Numbered from the stretch's first letter, positions 10,201 to 22,320 are shown. The stretch is DNA of 36,778 nt from Ignavibacteriaceae bacterium (GCA_036170205.1 JAVHOS010000220.1:1-36778); one strand, 5' to 3'. The notes: generated by a model from the sequence alone, not told the origin. Made by a program: numbers and translations.

Positions 10201-11476
10201 TGTTATTAAAAAGTATGACGTTCCCTATGGCGCTGAATTACACGTTCGCGAAGGAACAAAAGTTGCGAAGAAAAATCCTTTATACAATCACGATCCATAC
10301 AATTCGCTCATTATCAGCGATATTACCGGTAAAGTTAGATTTATTGATTTGATCGACAACAATACAATTCAACAAATTACTGATGAACAAACCGGACACG
10401 TGCAAAAAATTGTTATTGAATCGAAAGATAAAAATTTAACACCAAGTATCGCTATCGAAGCGCATGATGGAACATCGAAAACTTTTAACTTACCAATTCG
10501 AGCGTTTTTATCCGTTGAAGAAGGAGAAGAGATTTCTGCAGGTACAATTCTCGCAAAAATTTCTAAACAAGCTTCTAAATCGCGAGATATTACCGGCGGT
10601 CTTCCAAGAGTAACCGAGTTGTTTGAAGCTCGTAGCCCCCAAGAACCGGCGATTGTTTCCGAAATTGAAGGAATTGTTAAATTCGGCGCTAAAAAGAAAG
10701 GCTCGAGAGAAATATTTGTTGTAGCAATTGATGAATCAGATCAGAAAAAATATAATGTGCCGTTATCTAAGCACGTTTTAGTTCAAGAAGGCGATGAAAT
10801 TCCTGCCGGAGAAAAAATTACCGATGGTCCGATAAATCCGCATGACATTTTGAAAATAAACGGTACAAATGCGGTTCAAGAATACTTGTTAAACGAAATA
10901 CAGGACGTTTACCGTTTACAAGGTGTAAAAATAAATGATAAACATATTGAAGTTATCGTTAGACAAATGTTACAGAAACTACGCATTGTTGATTCCGGGG
11001 ATTCCAAATTCCTGGAAGACGATACTGTTGACCGTTATGATTTCTTTGAAGAAAACCAAAGAATTCTTAATTCTGTAGCCATAACTTCAAAGGGGGATTC
11101 AAAGTTAAAAGAAGGGCAAATTATAACCAAAGCAAAACTTCGTGAAATTGAAGCTGATCTTAAAAGAAAAGCTAAAAAAGAAGTCGAAGTTCGCGATGCG
11201 AAACCGGCAACGTTCGAACACATTCTACTTGGAATTACTCAAGCAGCCTTGTCAACCGAAAGTTTCATATCAGCAGCATCTTTCCAGGAAACTACAAAAG
11301 TATTAACGAACGCCGCCATTGCAGCTAAAAATGATTCCTTGCGCGGGCTAAAGGAAAATGTTGTTATGGGACAATTAATCCCTGCCGGAACAGGACTTAA
11401 AAAATACAAAAACGTTATTTTAAAGTCTGCTGAACCGGAAGTGGTAGAAACACCCGATGTTTCTCAAGAAGCCTAA
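7247..11476 (+). CDS. rpoC: DNA-directed RNA polymerase subunit beta-prime
   Basis: 1409 aa. N-terminal zinc motif [23 protein letters not shown], catalytic [12 protein letters not shown], and [16 protein letters not shown] trigger-loop start. Confidence 0.98.
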   Translation: MSFRNQENTVREITNITITLASPDDILARSHGEITKPETINYRTFRPEKDGLFCEKIFGPTRDWECYCGKYKRIRYKGIVCDRCGVEVTQKSVRRERMGHIALAVPVVHIWFFRSLPSKIGNMLGFSTKELERVIYYESYVVMNPGPTGLKRKDLISEDQYFEVLNSLPAGNDRLPENDPNKFYARIGGDAVKELLKQTDTEALFNALREQVKVETSQQKKEEILKRLKVIEAFREKEGKLPNKPEWMTLSYIPVIPPELRPLVPLEGGRFATSDLNDLYRRVIIRNNRLKRLIDIKAPEVILRNEKRMLQEAVDALFDNSRRGSAVRSDNNRPLKSLSDVLKGKQGRFRQNLLGKRVDYSGRSVIVVGPELKLHQCGLPKDMAIELFKPFVIRKLIERGHNKTVKSAKKVVDRKDPIIWEVLEKIIDGHPILLNRAPTLHRLGIQAFQPILIDEKAIRLHPMVCTAFNADFDGDQMAVHVPLSHEAQLEAALLMLSSHNILSPQNGSPIVVPTQDIVLGCYYLTKKRDGDLGEGMTFGNAEEAIIAYNNKVVGLHAKVNVRIDGEMIETTTGRVIFNQIVPKEMGFFNHLLIKKTFGGFIGKVFLKLGNKVTAKFLDDLKATGFRYATAGGLSISFSDMLIPAEKETYIISANEKVEQILNEHEQGVITDTERYNKIIDVWTHTTNDVAKILMEKLKKADNGFNAIHMMVDSGARGSQEQVRQLAGMRGLMMKPQKSLSGQAGEIIENPIIANFKEGLSVLEYFISTHGARKGLADTALKTADAGYLTRRLVDVSQDVIVTEIDCGTILGIHITALKDVEEEREPLAERITGRVAQEDIYDLKTDELIVGAGELITETIAQRIEDANIDSVYIRTVLTCESKHGVCAKCYGRNLTTGKLVEVGEAVGVVAAQSIGEPGTQLTLRTFHLGGTSSRIASQSQVESAVSGFIKFNRINSVEKEGFFGKVQVVTGRRGSVEIYDENDVVIKKYDVPYGAELHVREGTKVAKKNPLYNHDPYNSLIISDITGKVRFIDLIDNNTIQQITDEQTGHVQKIVIESKDKNLTPSIAIEAHDGTSKTFNLPIRAFLSVEEGEEISAGTILAKISKQASKSRDITGGLPRVTELFEARSPQEPAIVSEIEGIVKFGAKKKGSREIFVVAIDESDQKKYNVPLSKHVLVQEGDEIPAGEKITDGPINPHDILKINGTNAVQEYLLNEIQDVYRLQGVKINDKHIEVIVRQMLQKLRIVDSGDSKFLEDDTVDRYDFFEENQRILNSVAITSKGDSKLKEGQIITKAKLREIEADLKRKAKKEVEVRDAKPATFEHILLGITQAALSTESFISAASFQETTKVLTNAAIAAKNDSLRGLKENVVMGQLIPAGTGLKKYKNVILKSAEPEVVETPDVSQEA

Positions 11477-11505
11477 AATAAAAAGCAAAAAACAGGCTGG
11501 GTTTC

Positions 11506-11534
11506 TTGACAAAAAATAATATTAGTCATATATT
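11506..11534 (+). promoter_or_regulatory. Putative sigma-70-type promoter for the str operon
   Basis: TTGACA (11506-11511), 17-nt spacer, TATATT (11529-11534), about 45 nt upstream of the rpsL GTG. Lies in the 102-nt rpoC-rpsL gap. Confidence 0.55.
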
Positions 11535-11578
11535 GTAAGGCTAATTTTTTTAATTACAGAATTTTTGGAGACTTTTTA

Positions 11579-11956
11579 GTGCCAACAATAAACCAACTAG
11601 TGCGAAAAGGTCGCAAAGTTATTAAATCGAACAGCAAGGCTCCCGCCCTAGACGGATGCCCGCAAAAACGTGGAGTTTGTACGAGAGTTTATACTACTAC
11701 TCCCAAAAAACCTAACTCCGCATTAAGAAAAGTTGCGAGAGTTCGGTTGACGAATAATATGGAAGTTACCGCCTATATTCCGGGCGAAGGTCATAACCTT
11801 CAAGAACACTCAATCGTGTTAATACGCGGTGGAAGAATTAAAGATCTTCCCGGTGTTCGTTACCACATTATTCGCGGAACGCTTGACACAAGCGGCGTTG
11901 AAGATAGAAAACAAAGTAGATCCAAGTATGGTGCTAAAAAACCTAAATCGAAATAA
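11579..11956 (+). CDS. rpsL: 30S ribosomal protein S12
   Basis: [11 protein letters not shown] and [17 protein letters not shown] signatures. GTG start with GGAG upstream. Confidence 0.97.
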   Translation: MPTINQLVRKGRKVIKSNSKAPALDGCPQKRGVCTRVYTTTPKKPNSALRKVARVRLTNNMEVTAYIPGEGHNLQEHSIVLIRGGRIKDLPGVRYHIIRGTLDTSGVEDRKQSRSKYGAKKPKSK

Positions 11957-11961
11957 AAAGT

Positions 11962-12429
11962 ATGAGAAAGAAAAGAGCTGAAAAGCGATACATAAAACCC
12001 GATCCTAAATTCAATGATATGATTGTTGCAAAGTTTGTTAACGCAATCATGTATGAAGGGAAAAAATCAGTTGCGAGAGATATTGTTTATTCCGCATTTG
12101 ATATTTTAGAGGAAAAAACTAAGAAACCGGGTATTGAAGTTTTTAAGAAAGCTATGAGCAATGTTCAACCTCTTATTGAAGTTCGCAGTAGAAGAGTTGG
12201 TGGCGCTACTTATCAAGTTCCAATGGAAGTTCGCCCTGAACGACGAATTGCCCTGGCTATGAGATGGATTAAAACCTATGCTCGCAAAAGAAGCGAGAAA
12301 TCAATGTCGGTTAAATTAGCTAATGAATTATTGGCGGCTTCGAATAACGAAGGATCATCAGTAAAGAAAAAAGAAGAAACTCATAAAATGGCTGAAGCGA
12401 ACAAAGCTTTTGCTCATTTTAAATGGTAA
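11962..12429 (+). CDS. rpsG: 30S ribosomal protein S7
   Basis: S7 motifs [33 protein letters not shown] and [10 protein letters not shown] at the C-terminus. Confidence 0.97.
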   Translation: MRKKRAEKRYIKPDPKFNDMIVAKFVNAIMYEGKKSVARDIVYSAFDILEEKTKKPGIEVFKKAMSNVQPLIEVRSRRVGGATYQVPMEVRPERRIALAMRWIKTYARKRSEKSMSVKLANELLAASNNEGSSVKKKEETHKMAEANKAFAHFKW

Positions 12430-12449
12430 TGAAAATTTAAGAAAGCAGA

Positions 12450-14537
12450 ATGGCACAAGTTTATCCTATAGAGAGAGTTCGTAACATTGGAATTATGGCG
12501 CATATTGACGCCGGGAAAACCACTACGACCGAGAGAATTTTATATTATACAGGAAAATTGCATCGACTTGGTGAAGTTCATGACGGCGCAGCAACCATGG
12601 ACTGGATGGAACAGGAAAAAGAGCGCGGAATTACTATTACAAGCGCTGCAACTACATGTTACTGGTTAGATCATCAAATTAACATTATTGATACTCCCGG
12701 ACACGTCGATTTTACTGCTGAAGTGGAAAGATCGTTAAGAGTTTTAGATGGCGCAATCGCACTATTCTGTGCTGTTGGCGGTGTTGAACCTCAATCTGAA
12801 ACTGTTTGGAGACAAGCTGATAAATATCAAGTGCCTCGAATTGCTTTCATTAACAAGATGGATCGTATTGGAGCTGATTTTTATAGCGCAGTTCAAATGA
12901 TTCGTGAGCGGTTAGGTGCAAACGCAATTCCGGTTACCCTGCCTATTGGCGAAGGTGACATGTTCTCTGGAATTATTGATTTGATTTCATTCAAATCCAG
13001 AATTTTTCACGAAGAAACATTTGGCAGCACGTATGACGAGATGGATATCCCGCATGATTTAGTTGAAATTTCTAACAAATATCGTACTGAGATGCTTGAA
13101 GCGGTATCCGATGTTGATGATACTTTGTTAGAAAAATATCTTGCAGGTCAAGAAATTACTCAAGACGAAATTATCAAAGTTTTAAGAACTGCTACCATCG
13201 AAGGCAAAATTATTCCGGTTCTTTGCGGCTCTTCTTTTAAGAATAAAGGGGTTCAACGCTTATTAGATGCAGTTGTTGACTTTTTACCGGCGCCTTCAGA
13301 TTCCGCTGATGTTACCGCGCATCATGTAAACTCTAATGACCTGGTAACAAGAAAAATTAGCGATAAAGAGAAATTTACTGCGTTAGCCTTCAAAATGATG
13401 AATGATCCTTTTGTTGGGAAGTTGACATTTTTTAGAGTTTATGCTGGGACACTCGAATCTGGCTCTTATGTTTATAATTCTGTTAGCCTGAAAAAAGAAA
13501 GAATTAGTAGATTATTACAAATGCACGCAAATCACCGCGAAGAAGTTTCAAGTGTTCGCGCAGGTGATATCGCCGCCGCAATTGGTTTGAAATATACAAG
13601 AACCGGTGATACGCTTTGCTGCGAAGACGATCCGGTTGTAATGGAAAAAATCATTTTCCCGGAACCAGTTATCCAGATCGCAATCGAACCAAAAACTAAA
13701 GCTGACCAAGATAAACTTTCTGAAGCGTTATCGAAACTTTCAGAAGAAGATCCTACTTTTAAAGTTAAAGTTGATGACGAAACCAGTCAAACGCTTATCA
13801 GCGGAATGGGCGAACTTCATCTTGAGATTCTTGTCGATAGAATGAAACGCGAATTCAATGTTGAGGCAAATGTTGGAAAACCACAAGTCGCATATCGTGA
13901 AACTATTACAAGCTCGGTTAATGCAGAAGGAAAATTTGTAAAACAATCCGGTGGACGTGGAAAATTTGGACACGTATGGTTGGAAATTAGTCCGAATGAA
14001 GTTGGCAAAGGATATGAATTTATTAATGGAATAGTCGGCGGTGTTGTTCCGAAAGAATATATCACCCCGGTATCTCAAGGCATCCAAGAAGCCATGAAAA
14101 ATGGTGTGGTTGCCGGCTTTCCGATGGTTGACATTAAAGTTAAATTGTACGACGGTTCATACCATGATGTTGATTCGGATGAATTATCTTTTAAAGTAGC
14201 CGGGTCAATGGGTTTTAAAGCTGGCGCCAGAAAAGCACACCCGATTCTTTTAGAGCCGATCATGGCTGTGGAAGTAGTTTCTCCGGAAGATTACCTTGGT
14301 GATGTTATGGGAGATCTCAACTCTAGAAGAGGAAGAATAGAAGGATTTTCAGCCAGGAAAGATGCCCAAGTTATTAAAGCTCAAGTTCCGCTTGCTGAAA
14401 TGTTTGGTTATTCTACAATATTGCGTTCAATGACGCAAGGAAGAGCCATCTTTTCAATGCAGTTTTCACATTATTCAGAAGTCCCGAAATCAGTTGCTGA
14501 AGAAATTGCTGAAAAATCAACGGGTAAAAGTCATTAA
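12450..14537 (+). CDS. fusA: Elongation factor G
   Basis: 695 aa. GTPase motifs [23 protein letters not shown] and NKMD. Position after rpsG. Confidence 0.98.
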   Translation: MAQVYPIERVRNIGIMAHIDAGKTTTTERILYYTGKLHRLGEVHDGAATMDWMEQEKERGITITSAATTCYWLDHQINIIDTPGHVDFTAEVERSLRVLDGAIALFCAVGGVEPQSETVWRQADKYQVPRIAFINKMDRIGADFYSAVQMIRERLGANAIPVTLPIGEGDMFSGIIDLISFKSRIFHEETFGSTYDEMDIPHDLVEISNKYRTEMLEAVSDVDDTLLEKYLAGQEITQDEIIKVLRTATIEGKIIPVLCGSSFKNKGVQRLLDAVVDFLPAPSDSADVTAHHVNSNDLVTRKISDKEKFTALAFKMMNDPFVGKLTFFRVYAGTLESGSYVYNSVSLKKERISRLLQMHANHREEVSSVRAGDIAAAIGLKYTRTGDTLCCEDDPVVMEKIIFPEPVIQIAIEPKTKADQDKLSEALSKLSEEDPTFKVKVDDETSQTLISGMGELHLEILVDRMKREFNVEANVGKPQVAYRETITSSVNAEGKFVKQSGGRGKFGHVWLEISPNEVGKGYEFINGIVGGVVPKEYITPVSQGIQEAMKNGVVAGFPMVDIKVKLYDGSYHDVDSDELSFKVAGSMGFKAGARKAHPILLEPIMAVEVVSPEDYLGDVMGDLNSRRGRIEGFSARKDAQVIKAQVPLAEMFGYSTILRSMTQGRAIFSMQFSHYSEVPKSVAEEIAEKSTGKSH

Positions 14538-14589
14538 CAAACAAATAATATTTAAGAACTCAAAGAAAGTAAGTAAAAAGGAGAATTAA

Positions 14590-15795
14590 ATGGCCAAAGA
14601 AAAATTTGACAGAAGTAAGCCGCACGTAAACGTCGGAACAATCGGTCACGTAGATCATGGTAAAACAACCTTAACTGCAGCTATTACTATGGCTCTTGCC
14701 AGAAAAGGTCTTTCTCAAGTGAGAACTTTCGACTCTATTGATAATGCTCCTGAAGAAAGAGAACGTGGTATTACCATTGCAACTGCACACGTAGAATATT
14801 CCACTGCAAAAAGACATTACGCACATGTCGATTGTCCCGGTCACGCAGATTATGTTAAGAACATGATCACCGGCGCTGCTCAAATGGATGGCGCAATCGT
14901 TGTTGTTGCGGCAACAGATGGACCTATGCCTCAAACTAGAGAACACATTCTTTTAGCTCGCCAAGTAGGTGTGCCGAGAATCGTTGTTTTTATGAACAAA
15001 GTTGACGCAGTTGATGACCCTGAATTAATTGATCTTGTTGAAATGGAAATTAGAGAATTATTAAGTAAATATGAATTCCCCGGCGATGAGATTCCGATTA
15101 TCAAAGGTTCTGCTTTACAAGCTTTGGAAGCCGGCGCTAGTAATGCTGATCCAAGCGATCCACGTTATAATTGCATTTGGGAACTTATGGATGCCGTTGA
15201 TAGCTATATTCCTGTTCCTGAAAGAAACATTGATAAACCTTTCTTGATGCCTGTTGAAGACGTCTTCTCAATTACCGGTCGTGGTACTGTTGCTACCGGA
15301 AGAGTTGAAAGAGGTCAAGTAAAAATTCAAGAAGAAGTTGAACTTATCGGTTTAGGTTTGCATAAAAAGACGGTTGTAACCGGCATCGAAATGTTCAGAA
15401 AAGAATTGGATGCCGCTATGGCTGGTGATAACGCCGGAATTCTTTTACGCGGTATTGATAAAAATGAAATTGAACGAGGAATGGTTCTTGCTAAAACCGG
15501 AACAATCACTCCTCACAAAAAATTTGAAGCTCAAGTGTACATCCTTTCAAAAGATGAAGGCGGACGTCACACTCCATTTTTCAACGGATACCGTCCTCAG
15601 TTCTATTTTAGAACAACAGACGTAACCGGTGTTGCTTCATTGCCTGAAGGTGTTGAAATGGTTATGCCGGGTGATAGTGTTGTTTTATCAATTTCACTTA
15701 TTACTACCATTGCTATGGAAGAAGGATTGAAATTTGCTATCCGCGAAGGTGGTCGCACAGTTGGTGCCGGTGTTGTTGGTAAAATTATAGAATAA
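14590..15795 (+). CDS. tuf: Elongation factor Tu
   Basis: 401 aa. Motifs [36 protein letters not shown] and NKVD. Confidence 0.98.
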   Translation: MAKEKFDRSKPHVNVGTIGHVDHGKTTLTAAITMALARKGLSQVRTFDSIDNAPEERERGITIATAHVEYSTAKRHYAHVDCPGHADYVKNMITGAAQMDGAIVVVAATDGPMPQTREHILLARQVGVPRIVVFMNKVDAVDDPELIDLVEMEIRELLSKYEFPGDEIPIIKGSALQALEAGASNADPSDPRYNCIWELMDAVDSYIPVPERNIDKPFLMPVEDVFSITGRGTVATGRVERGQVKIQEEVELIGLGLHKKTVVTGIEMFRKELDAAMAGDNAGILLRGIDKNEIERGMVLAKTGTITPHKKFEAQVYILSKDEGGRHTPFFNGYRPQFYFRTTDVTGVASLPEGVEMVMPGDSVVLSISLITTIAMEEGLKFAIREGGRTVGAGVVGKIIE

Positions 15796-15810
15796 ATGAA
15801 TTGAACAACG

Positions 15811-15838
15811 AAAAGGGAGTTTAAGGCTCCCCTTTTTG
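15811..15838 (+). terminator. Intrinsic terminator after tuf
   Basis: GGGAG (15815-15819) pairs with CTCCC (27-31) and flanking A-run/T-run pairs extend the stem. Followed by TTTTT. Confidence 0.7.
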
Positions 15839-15868
15839 TGTCTAAATAATTGTTAAGGAGATATATAA

Positions 15869-16177
15869 GTGCCTGGTCAAAAGATTCGTATTAAACTAAA
15901 ATCATATGATCATATTTTGATTGATAAATCGACTGAAAAGATTATCAAAACCGTTAGAAGTACCGGTGCAGTCGTTTCAGGTCCAATTCCGTTACCGACA
16001 AAACGTACTCTGTACACGGTTCTCCGTTCTCCTCACGTTGATAAAAAATCTCGCGAGCAGTTCGAAACCAGAGCGCACAAAAGAATTATTGATATTCATA
16101 ATTCTAATTCCAAAACAATTGATTCTTTAAGTAAGCTGGATATCCCAGCCGGTGTTGATATTGAGATTAAGTTATAA
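15869..16177 (+). CDS. rpsJ: 30S ribosomal protein S10
   Basis: [20 protein letters not shown]...[17 protein letters not shown] start with AGGAG upstream. Confidence 0.97.
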   Translation: MPGQKIRIKLKSYDHILIDKSTEKIIKTVRSTGAVVSGPIPLPTKRTLYTVLRSPHVDKKSREQFETRAHKRIIDIHNSNSKTIDSLSKLDIPAGVDIEIKL

Positions 16178-16193
16178 TGAAAATGGAGTAACC

Positions 16194-16817
16194 ATGTCCG
16201 GGTTGTTAGGTAAGAAATTAGGTATGACAAATATTTACGATGCTCAAGGTCAACGGATTGTTGCAACCGCAATTGAAGTTGGTCCCTGCAAAGTTACCGC
16301 TGTTAAAACGGTTGAAAAGAATGGTTATGCTGCATTACAATTAGGTTTTCAAGAAAAAAAGGAAAAAGCCTTTTCAAAACCTGAAATTGGTTTTTTCAAA
16401 AAGAATAATCTTCCTTGCTTCGCTGTTCTTAAAGAATTTGCTTTCCCTGCAGATGATTCTTATAAAGTTGGAGACGATATCAATGTTTCTTTCTTTACAG
16501 AAGGCGAATCAATAAAAGTTCGCGGAATCAGCAAAGGAAAAGGTTTCCAGGGTGTTATGAAACGTCATGGCTTCGGTGGTGTTGGCGGAACAACCCATGG
16601 TCAGAGCGATCGTTTAAGAGCTCCAGGTTCTATTGGTTCTTCATCTTATCCTTCAAGAGTTTTTAAGGGAATGAAAATGGCCGGAAGAATGGGAAATGAT
16701 TCAGTAACCGTTCACAATCTTAAGGTCCTTAAAGTGAACGCAGAAAAAAATGTGATTTTTGTTAAAGGATGTATTCCAGGATCAATTAACTCAATAGTTG
16801 AATTGTATAAAAAGTAG
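16194..16817 (+). CDS. rplC: 50S ribosomal protein L3
   Basis: MSGLLGKKLGMT... and KGKGFQGVMKRHGF motifs. Start placed at ATG 16194 (GGAG 7 nt upstream) because the ORF-track GTG 16152 start overlaps rpsJ. Confidence 0.95.
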   Translation: MSGLLGKKLGMTNIYDAQGQRIVATAIEVGPCKVTAVKTVEKNGYAALQLGFQEKKEKAFSKPEIGFFKKNNLPCFAVLKEFAFPADDSYKVGDDINVSFFTEGESIKVRGISKGKGFQGVMKRHGFGGVGGTTHGQSDRLRAPGSIGSSSYPSRVFKGMKMAGRMGNDSVTVHNLKVLKVNAEKNVIFVKGCIPGSINSIVELYKK

Positions 16818-16829
16818 TTTGGTAAAAAA

Positions 16830-17474
16830 ATGTTAGTAGATGTTTACAAAATAGACGGAACTTTGTCAGGTGAAAAAGTAGAATTAACAGATAGCGTCTT
16901 CGGAATCGTACCGAATGACCATGTGATCTATCTATCGGTTAAAGCTTTCCTCGCCAATCAAAGACAAGGAACCCACAAAACTAAAGAACGCAGCGAAGTG
17001 AGCGGCGGCGGTAAAAAACCATGGAAACAAAAGGGAAGAGGCGGCGCCCGTGCAGGTACAACTCGTTCCCCATTGTGGGTTGGCGGCGGAACTATTTTTG
17101 GTCCTCGCCCAAGAGATTATAGACAAGATTTACCCAAAAAAGTTAAAGCCCTTGCTCGCAAATCAGCTTTAAGTTATAAAGTTAAAGACGAACAGTTAGT
17201 AGTTGTTGACGACTTTAATTTTGAAAGTCCGAAAACGCAAAGTTTCCTTTCTATCTTGAACGCGCTAAAGATTGGCGGTAAAAAAACTTTACTGCTAACC
17301 AACGGAAAACAAGAAAACGTTTGGAAATCCGGCAGAAATATTATGAATGTAAAAGTTCTTGAAGCGCAAAATGCTGCCCCTTATCAGATTCTAAACAACC
17401 AAGTTCTTTTAGTTCAAAAAAGCGCAATTGAAGTTTTGAATAATCAAGCTGCTAAGAAAGAGGTGGTAAGCTAA
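16830..17474 (+). CDS. rplD: 50S ribosomal protein L4
   Basis: GGGKKPWKQKGRGGARAGTTRSPLWVGGGTIFGP signature. Confidence 0.97.
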   Translation: MLVDVYKIDGTLSGEKVELTDSVFGIVPNDHVIYLSVKAFLANQRQGTHKTKERSEVSGGGKKPWKQKGRGGARAGTTRSPLWVGGGTIFGPRPRDYRQDLPKKVKALARKSALSYKVKDEQLVVVDDFNFESPKTQSFLSILNALKIGGKKTLLLTNGKQENVWKSGRNIMNVKVLEAQNAAPYQILNNQVLLVQKSAIEVLNNQAAKKEVVS

Positions 17475-17767
17475 TGCAAGGAATATTGATTAAACCTCTT
17501 TTTACTGAAAAAGTTACAAAAAGTAACACAGATCAAAACAAATATGGTTTTGTGGTTTCTGTTACAGCTAATAAAATTGAAATAGCAAAAGCAATTGCTA
17601 AAAAGTTTAATGTTACAGTTACTTCGGTTAATACGGTTGTAAACAAAGGCAAAGTTAAAACACAACTCTCTAAAAGAGGAAGATTTATAGGCAATACTGC
17701 AAAGTATAAAAAAGCTTTTGTTTCGTTAAAGACCGGCGATAAAATAGATTTATTTGAGCAAGTTTAA
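17474..17767 (+). CDS. rplW: 50S ribosomal protein L23
   Basis: LIKPLFTEKV N-terminus. The ATG overlaps the rplD stop (TAATG). Position between rplD and rplB. Confidence 0.95.
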   Translation: MQGILIKPLFTEKVTKSNTDQNKYGFVVSVTANKIEIAKAIAKKFNVTVTSVNTVVNKGKVKTQLSKRGRFIGNTAKYKKAFVSLKTGDKIDLFEQV

Positions 17768-17793
17768 GAAAATTGGATTTGGAGCTACGATAA

Positions 17794-18618
17794 ATGGCAA
17801 TTAGAAAAATGAAACCCGTTACTCCCGGAACACGATTTATGTCGATTTCAACATTTGATGAAATCACAAAATCAACTCCGGAAAAATCGCTAACGGTATC
17901 CTTAAAAAAATCCGGCGGTAGAAATAATCACGGGCGCATCACCTCACGTCATATCGGTGGTGGTCACAAAAGAAGATACCGTCTTATTGATTTTAAAAGA
18001 AATAAATTCGGCATTCCTGCAAAAGTTTTCTCAATCGAATACGATCCGAACAGAACTGCCAGAATTGCTCTTTTACATTATGCCGATGGTGAAAAAAGAT
18101 ATATCATCGCTCCTGATGGCTTAAAAGTTGGTGAATCGATCCAATCAGGTCCGGGCTCAGAAATCAAAATAGGTAATGCACTTCCTTTAAAAGAGTTACC
18201 GCTTGGAAGTTTTTTACACAATGTTGAAATGAAAGCTGGTAAGGGGGGACAAATTGGAAGAAGCGCAGGCGCTGCAATCCAATTAATGGCTAAAGAAGGT
18301 GAGTACGCTCAACTAAAACTTACCTCTGGTGAAATAAGATCGGTTAGATTAGAATGTTATGCTACTTACGGAACCGTAAGCAATGCAGAGCAGTCGAATT
18401 TAAGCCAGGGTAAAGCCGGTAGAAACAGATGGCGTGGAATTCGCTCTCATGTTCGCGGTGTTGCTATGAACCCGGTCGATCACCCGATGGGCGGCGGTGA
18501 AGGTAAAACTTCAGGCGGCGGTCATCCGGTATCTCCATGGGGACAAAAAGCCAAAGGTCTTAAGACCAGAAAAAATAAAAAAGTATCTAATAAACTTATT
18601 ATCAAAAGACGAAAGTAA
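17794..18618 (+). CDS. rplB: 50S ribosomal protein L2
   Basis: [22 protein letters not shown] and [14 protein letters not shown] motifs. Confidence 0.98.
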   Translation: MAIRKMKPVTPGTRFMSISTFDEITKSTPEKSLTVSLKKSGGRNNHGRITSRHIGGGHKRRYRLIDFKRNKFGIPAKVFSIEYDPNRTARIALLHYADGEKRYIIAPDGLKVGESIQSGPGSEIKIGNALPLKELPLGSFLHNVEMKAGKGGQIGRSAGAAIQLMAKEGEYAQLKLTSGEIRSVRLECYATYGTVSNAEQSNLSQGKAGRNRWRGIRSHVRGVAMNPVDHPMGGGEGKTSGGGHPVSPWGQKAKGLKTRKNKKVSNKLIIKRRK

Positions 18619-18631
18619 GTAGAGAGTTAAT

Positions 18632-18919
18632 ATGCCTCGTTCAGTTAAAAAAGGTCCTTTTATTGATCTAAAGTTGTTGAAGAAAGTTCAAGTGCTTAAC
18701 CAGACAAGTCAAAAGAAAATTATTAAAACCTGGTCGCGCTCTTCAACTATTTCTCCTGAGTTTGTTGGACACACTATTGCGGTTCACAACGGTAATAAAA
18801 TGATCCCGATTTATATTACGGAAAATATGGTTGGACATAAGCTCGGCGAATTTTCTCCGACCCGTATTTTTAGAGGTCATCCTGGAACTAAAGCTGAAAA
18901 AGCATCAAAAGCGAAATAG
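18632..18919 (+). CDS. rpsS: 30S ribosomal protein S19
   Basis: [11 protein letters not shown] and GHTIAVHNG motifs. Confidence 0.97.
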   Translation: MPRSVKKGPFIDLKLLKKVQVLNQTSQKKIIKTWSRSSTISPEFVGHTIAVHNGNKMIPIYITENMVGHKLGEFSPTRIFRGHPGTKAEKASKAK

Positions 18920-18935
18920 GACGGAATAAAGGTTT

Positions 18936-19277
18936 ATGGAAGCAAAAGCTATTACAAGATATATCGGTTCATCACCAAGAAAAATGAGATTAGTTATTGA
19001 TCTTATCAGAGGAATTTCTGTTGATAAAGCGATTGAGATTCTTCATTTTCAACCGAAACATGCATCAAAAGATGCTGAAAAAACTTTACGCTCTGCGGTC
19101 GCTAATCTTATTAATAAAGAAGACGGCGTAAAGGTTGAACCAAGCGAATTGTTTGTTAAAACAGCATTCGTAGATCAAGGACCGACTGCAAAACGAATTT
19201 CACCGGCGCCAATGGGCCGCGCATTTAGAATTAGAAAACGCTCATGCCACGTCACTATTGTGGTAGCAACAAAATAA
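18936..19277 (+). CDS. rplV: 50S ribosomal protein L22
   Basis: [24 protein letters not shown]; position after rpsS. Confidence 0.96.
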   Translation: MEAKAITRYIGSSPRKMRLVIDLIRGISVDKAIEILHFQPKHASKDAEKTLRSAVANLINKEDGVKVEPSELFVKTAFVDQGPTAKRISPAPMGRAFRIRKRSCHVTIVVATK

Positions 19278-19293
19278 ATTAGGAGATTTCTTT

Positions 19294-19935
19294 TTGGGAC
19301 AAAAAACAAATCCGATCGGTTTTAGAGTTGGCATCATCAGAGGATGGGACTCAAATTGGTATGAAAATCATAGCTATGCTAAAAAGTTAAAGGAAGATGA
19401 CAAACTTCGTTCTTACGTACGCAATAGATTAAAAAAGGCTGGTATTTCTAAAATCATTATTGATAGAACTACAAAAAATATCATCCTTAATATTCATACT
19501 TCAAGACCCGGTGTAGTTATCGGAAAGAGTGGAAAAGAAATCACTCAGCTTGAACTAGAATTAAGACAATTAACTGAAAAAGAAGTTAAGATTCAAATCT
19601 CTGAAATTAAAAGACCTGAGTTGGATGCTTTTTTAGTAGCGGAAAATATAGCTAATCAGCTTGTTGGAAGAATCTCATTTAGAAGAGCGATGAAATCGGC
19701 AATCAATTCTACCATGAGAATGGGCGCTGAAGGAATTAAGATTATGTGCGCCGGAAGATTAGGCGGAGCTGAAATGGCGAGAACAGAACAATACAAAGAA
19801 GGAAGAGTTCCGCTTCATACAATCCGCGCTGACATAGATTATGCTAACGGCAGAGCGGAAACAATTTACGGTTCGATCGGAATTAAAGTGTGGATCTGCC
19901 GTGGTGAAATTTTAGGTAAACGAGCTTCAGAATAA
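19294..19935 (+). CDS. rpsC: 30S ribosomal protein S3
   Basis: [14 protein letters not shown]-terminus and KH domain [14 protein letters not shown] start after AGGAG. Confidence 0.97.
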   Translation: MGQKTNPIGFRVGIIRGWDSNWYENHSYAKKLKEDDKLRSYVRNRLKKAGISKIIIDRTTKNIILNIHTSRPGVVIGKSGKEITQLELELRQLTEKEVKIQISEIKRPELDAFLVAENIANQLVGRISFRRAMKSAINSTMRMGAEGIKIMCAGRLGGAEMARTEQYKEGRVPLHTIRADIDYANGRAETIYGSIGIKVWICRGEILGKRASE

Positions 19936-19959
19936 TATTACTGTAGGAGTTTTTTTAAT

Positions 19960-20376
19960 ATGTTAATGCCCAAAAGAGTTAAGTTTAGAAAATCGCAGCG
20001 CGGAAGAATGGCTGGAAAAGCCAAACGCGGCAGCACGATTGCATTTGGAGATTTCGGTATTAAAGCTCTTGAACCGCAATGGATTACCAGCAGACAAATT
20101 GAAGCTTGTCGTGTTGCCTTATCAAGAAAAATGAAACGTGATGGAAAAGTTTGGATCAGAATTTTTCCGGATAAACCGGTCTCCAAAAAACCTCTCGAAA
20201 CAAGAATGGGTAAAGGCAAAGGCGGTCCGGAATTTTGGGTTGCCGTTGTTAAACCTGGTAGAATTATGTTTGAAGTTTCCGGCGTAACCAAAGAAGTTGC
20301 TCATGAAGCGTTAAAAGTTTGCTCACACAAACTTCCTATTAAAACAAAAATTATTGCAAGACCGGATTACGAATAA
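19960..20376 (+). CDS. rplP: 50S ribosomal protein L16
   Basis: [17 protein letters not shown] and [14 protein letters not shown] motifs. Confidence 0.97.
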   Translation: MLMPKRVKFRKSQRGRMAGKAKRGSTIAFGDFGIKALEPQWITSRQIEACRVALSRKMKRDGKVWIRIFPDKPVSKKPLETRMGKGKGGPEFWVAVVKPGRIMFEVSGVTKEVAHEALKVCSHKLPIKTKIIARPDYE

Positions 20377-20390
20377 AATTGGTAGAGATT

Positions 20391-20624
20391 ATGAAACTTT
20401 CTGAAATAAAAGAAATGTCTTCCGAAGAAATTGGGAAGCAAATTGTTGGAGAAGCGAACAACTTGGTTGATCTTCGCTTTTCTCATGAGTTAAAACAGTT
20501 GACGAATACGGCAAAACTTCGTTCAACAAAAAAAGATATTGCGAGAATGAAAACGATCTTGAAAGAAAGAGAACTTTCAGAAAAGAAATCCAACCCGGTG
20601 TTGGATAAAGGAGTTGACGCTTAA
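20391..20624 (+). CDS. rpmC: 50S ribosomal protein L29
   Basis: [18 protein letters not shown]...[13 protein letters not shown] 20391 is preferred over the ORF-track TTG 20379. Confidence 0.9.
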   Translation: MKLSEIKEMSSEEIGKQIVGEANNLVDLRFSHELKQLTNTAKLRSTKKDIARMKTILKERELSEKKSNPVLDKGVDA

Positions 20625-20626
20625 CT

Positions 20627-20884
20627 ATGGAAAAAAGATCTTTACGCAAAACCAGACAAGGTAAAGTTGTCAGCAATAAAATGGAAAAGACCATTACGGT
20701 TACTATCGAAAGAAAAGTTCCGCATCCTGTTTACAAAAAATATTTTAAGAAAACAACAAAATTGATGGCTCACGACGAGAAGAACGAATGCAATATCGGC
20801 GACGTTGTTAAAATTATGGAAACCAGACCGCTGAGCAAAGTTAAAAGATGGCGCTTAGTTGAAGTTGTTGAAAAAGCAAAGTAG
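20627..20884 (+). CDS. rpsQ: 30S ribosomal protein S17
   Basis: [28 protein letters not shown]...KRWRLVEV. Confidence 0.96.
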   Translation: MEKRSLRKTRQGKVVSNKMEKTITVTIERKVPHPVYKKYFKKTTKLMAHDEKNECNIGDVVKIMETRPLSKVKRWRLVEVVEKAK

Positions 20885-20905
20885 TTAAAGCAAGGAGTTA
20901 ATGAG

Positions 20906-21274
20906 ATGATTCAAGAAGAAACCAATTTAGTCGTTGCGGATAACTCCGGCGCTAAAAAAGTACGCTGCATCAGAGTTCTAGGTGGCAGCGGAAGACAATA
21001 TGCAAGTCTCGGTGATTTAATTGTAGTTAGCGTTAAATCTGCCATTCCGAATGGTCAAGTTAAAAAAGGTGAAGTTTCAAGAGCCGTGATTGTTAGAACA
21101 AATAAAGAAGTGAGAAGAAAAGACGGATCATACATTCGATTTGATGAAAATGCAGCAGTTCTTCTAAATGCTCAAAACGAACCAAAAGGAACTCGTATCT
21201 TTGGTCCGGTAGCAAGAGAACTTAGAGAGAAACAGTTCATGAAAATAGTTTCATTAGCACCAGAAGTTTTATAA
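20906..21274 (+). CDS. rplN: 50S ribosomal protein L14
   Basis: [27 protein letters not shown] signature. Confidence 0.98.
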   Translation: MIQEETNLVVADNSGAKKVRCIRVLGGSGRQYASLGDLIVVSVKSAIPNGQVKKGEVSRAVIVRTNKEVRRKDGSYIRFDENAAVLLNAQNEPKGTRIFGPVARELREKQFMKIVSLAPEVL

Positions 21275-21284
21275 TAGGTTACCC

Positions 21285-21608
21285 ATGCGAATTAAAAAAA
21301 ATGATAATGTAATCGTTGTTGCCGGAAACGATAGAAACAAAACCGGAAAAGTTTTAAAAGTGTATCCAAAGGTAAACCGTTTGATCGTTGAAGGAATTAA
21401 CATTCACAAACGTCATACTAAACCTTCACAAAAAAGCCAGCAGGGCGGCATTGTTGAAAAAGAAGCTCCGATCCATGTTTCCAATGTAATGATTGTTGAC
21501 CCTCAATCAAGTGCGCGCACCAGAATTGGTTCTAAAATAATTATTGATGAAAAAACAGGCAAAAAGAAAATTGCCCGCGTAAGCAAAGCTTCCGGCGAGA
21601 TGTTATAA
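21285..21608 (+). CDS. rplX: 50S ribosomal protein L24
   Basis: KOW motif [24 protein letters not shown]; position after rplN. Confidence 0.96.
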   Translation: MRIKKNDNVIVVAGNDRNKTGKVLKVYPKVNRLIVEGINIHKRHTKPSQKSQQGGIVEKEAPIHVSNVMIVDPQSSARTRIGSKIIIDEKTGKKKIARVSKASGEML

Positions 21609-21641
21609 GTAATCATCATTTTCTAAAGGTTTGAAGAGATA

Positions 21642-22304
21642 ATGGCAGAAAAAAAAGTAAAACAACCCGCTCCCAGCGGAACACCTGATAAAAAAGGTAA
21701 AGCACCAAAAGAAGCTCCAAAAGAGTCTGCACCGGTTGCAGAAGTTAGAGTTCCTAATCGACTTTTAGGTATTTACAGAAAACAGATCGTTCCTGATTTG
21801 ATTAAAAAATTAAATTATAAGAACGTGATGCAAGCTCCTAAGCTTAAAAAAATTGTTGTAAACATGGGCGTTGGCGCCGCTGCTTCTGATGCAAAAGTTA
21901 TGGAAGAAGCTATCCGCGATTTGGAAACGATCGCCGGACAGAAAGCCAGCGTACGTAAGGCTAAAAAAGATATTTCAAACTTCAAACTTCGTAAGGGAGT
22001 TAACATCGGCGTTATGGTTACTTTACGAAAAGAAAGAATGTACGAATTTCTAGACCGCTTTATCAATGTAGCGCTTCCCCGCGTTAGAGATTTTAAGGGA
22101 CTATCGGACAAATCATTCGACGGCAGAGGAAATTATTCGATTGGCGTTAAAGAACAAATTATCTTCCCGGAAATTAATGCTGATAGAGTGCTTAAAGTTT
22201 TAGGAATGGACATTACTTTGGTTACTACTGCAAATACGGATGCTGAAGCTTTTGAACTTTTACAAGCTTTTGGTTTCCCTTTCAGAAAAAAAGAAATTAA
22301 ATAA
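21642..22304 (+). CDS. rplE: 50S ribosomal protein L5, with a roughly 37-aa Lys/Pro/Ala-rich N-terminal extension
   Basis: The conserved L5 core begins near [40 protein letters not shown]. There is no in-frame ATG/GTG/TTG between 21642 and the core. Confidence 0.93.
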   Translation: MAEKKVKQPAPSGTPDKKGKAPKEAPKESAPVAEVRVPNRLLGIYRKQIVPDLIKKLNYKNVMQAPKLKKIVVNMGVGAAASDAKVMEEAIRDLETIAGQKASVRKAKKDISNFKLRKGVNIGVMVTLRKERMYEFLDRFINVALPRVRDFKGLSDKSFDGRGNYSIGVKEQIIFPEINADRVLKVLGMDITLVTTANTDAEAFELLQAFGFPFRKKEIK

Positions 22305-22320
22305 GGTTAAAGGATTTTTC

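Noticed and set aside
22240-22320. N-terminal extensions suggested by the ORF track for rpsN (22240), rplC (16152), rpmC (20379), rpmD (24566), nusG (592) and engB (30777)
   Set aside because: The extensions overlap the preceding gene or a terminator. The downstream ATGs reproduce the canonical family N-termini with a Shine-Dalgarno sequence at proper spacing.
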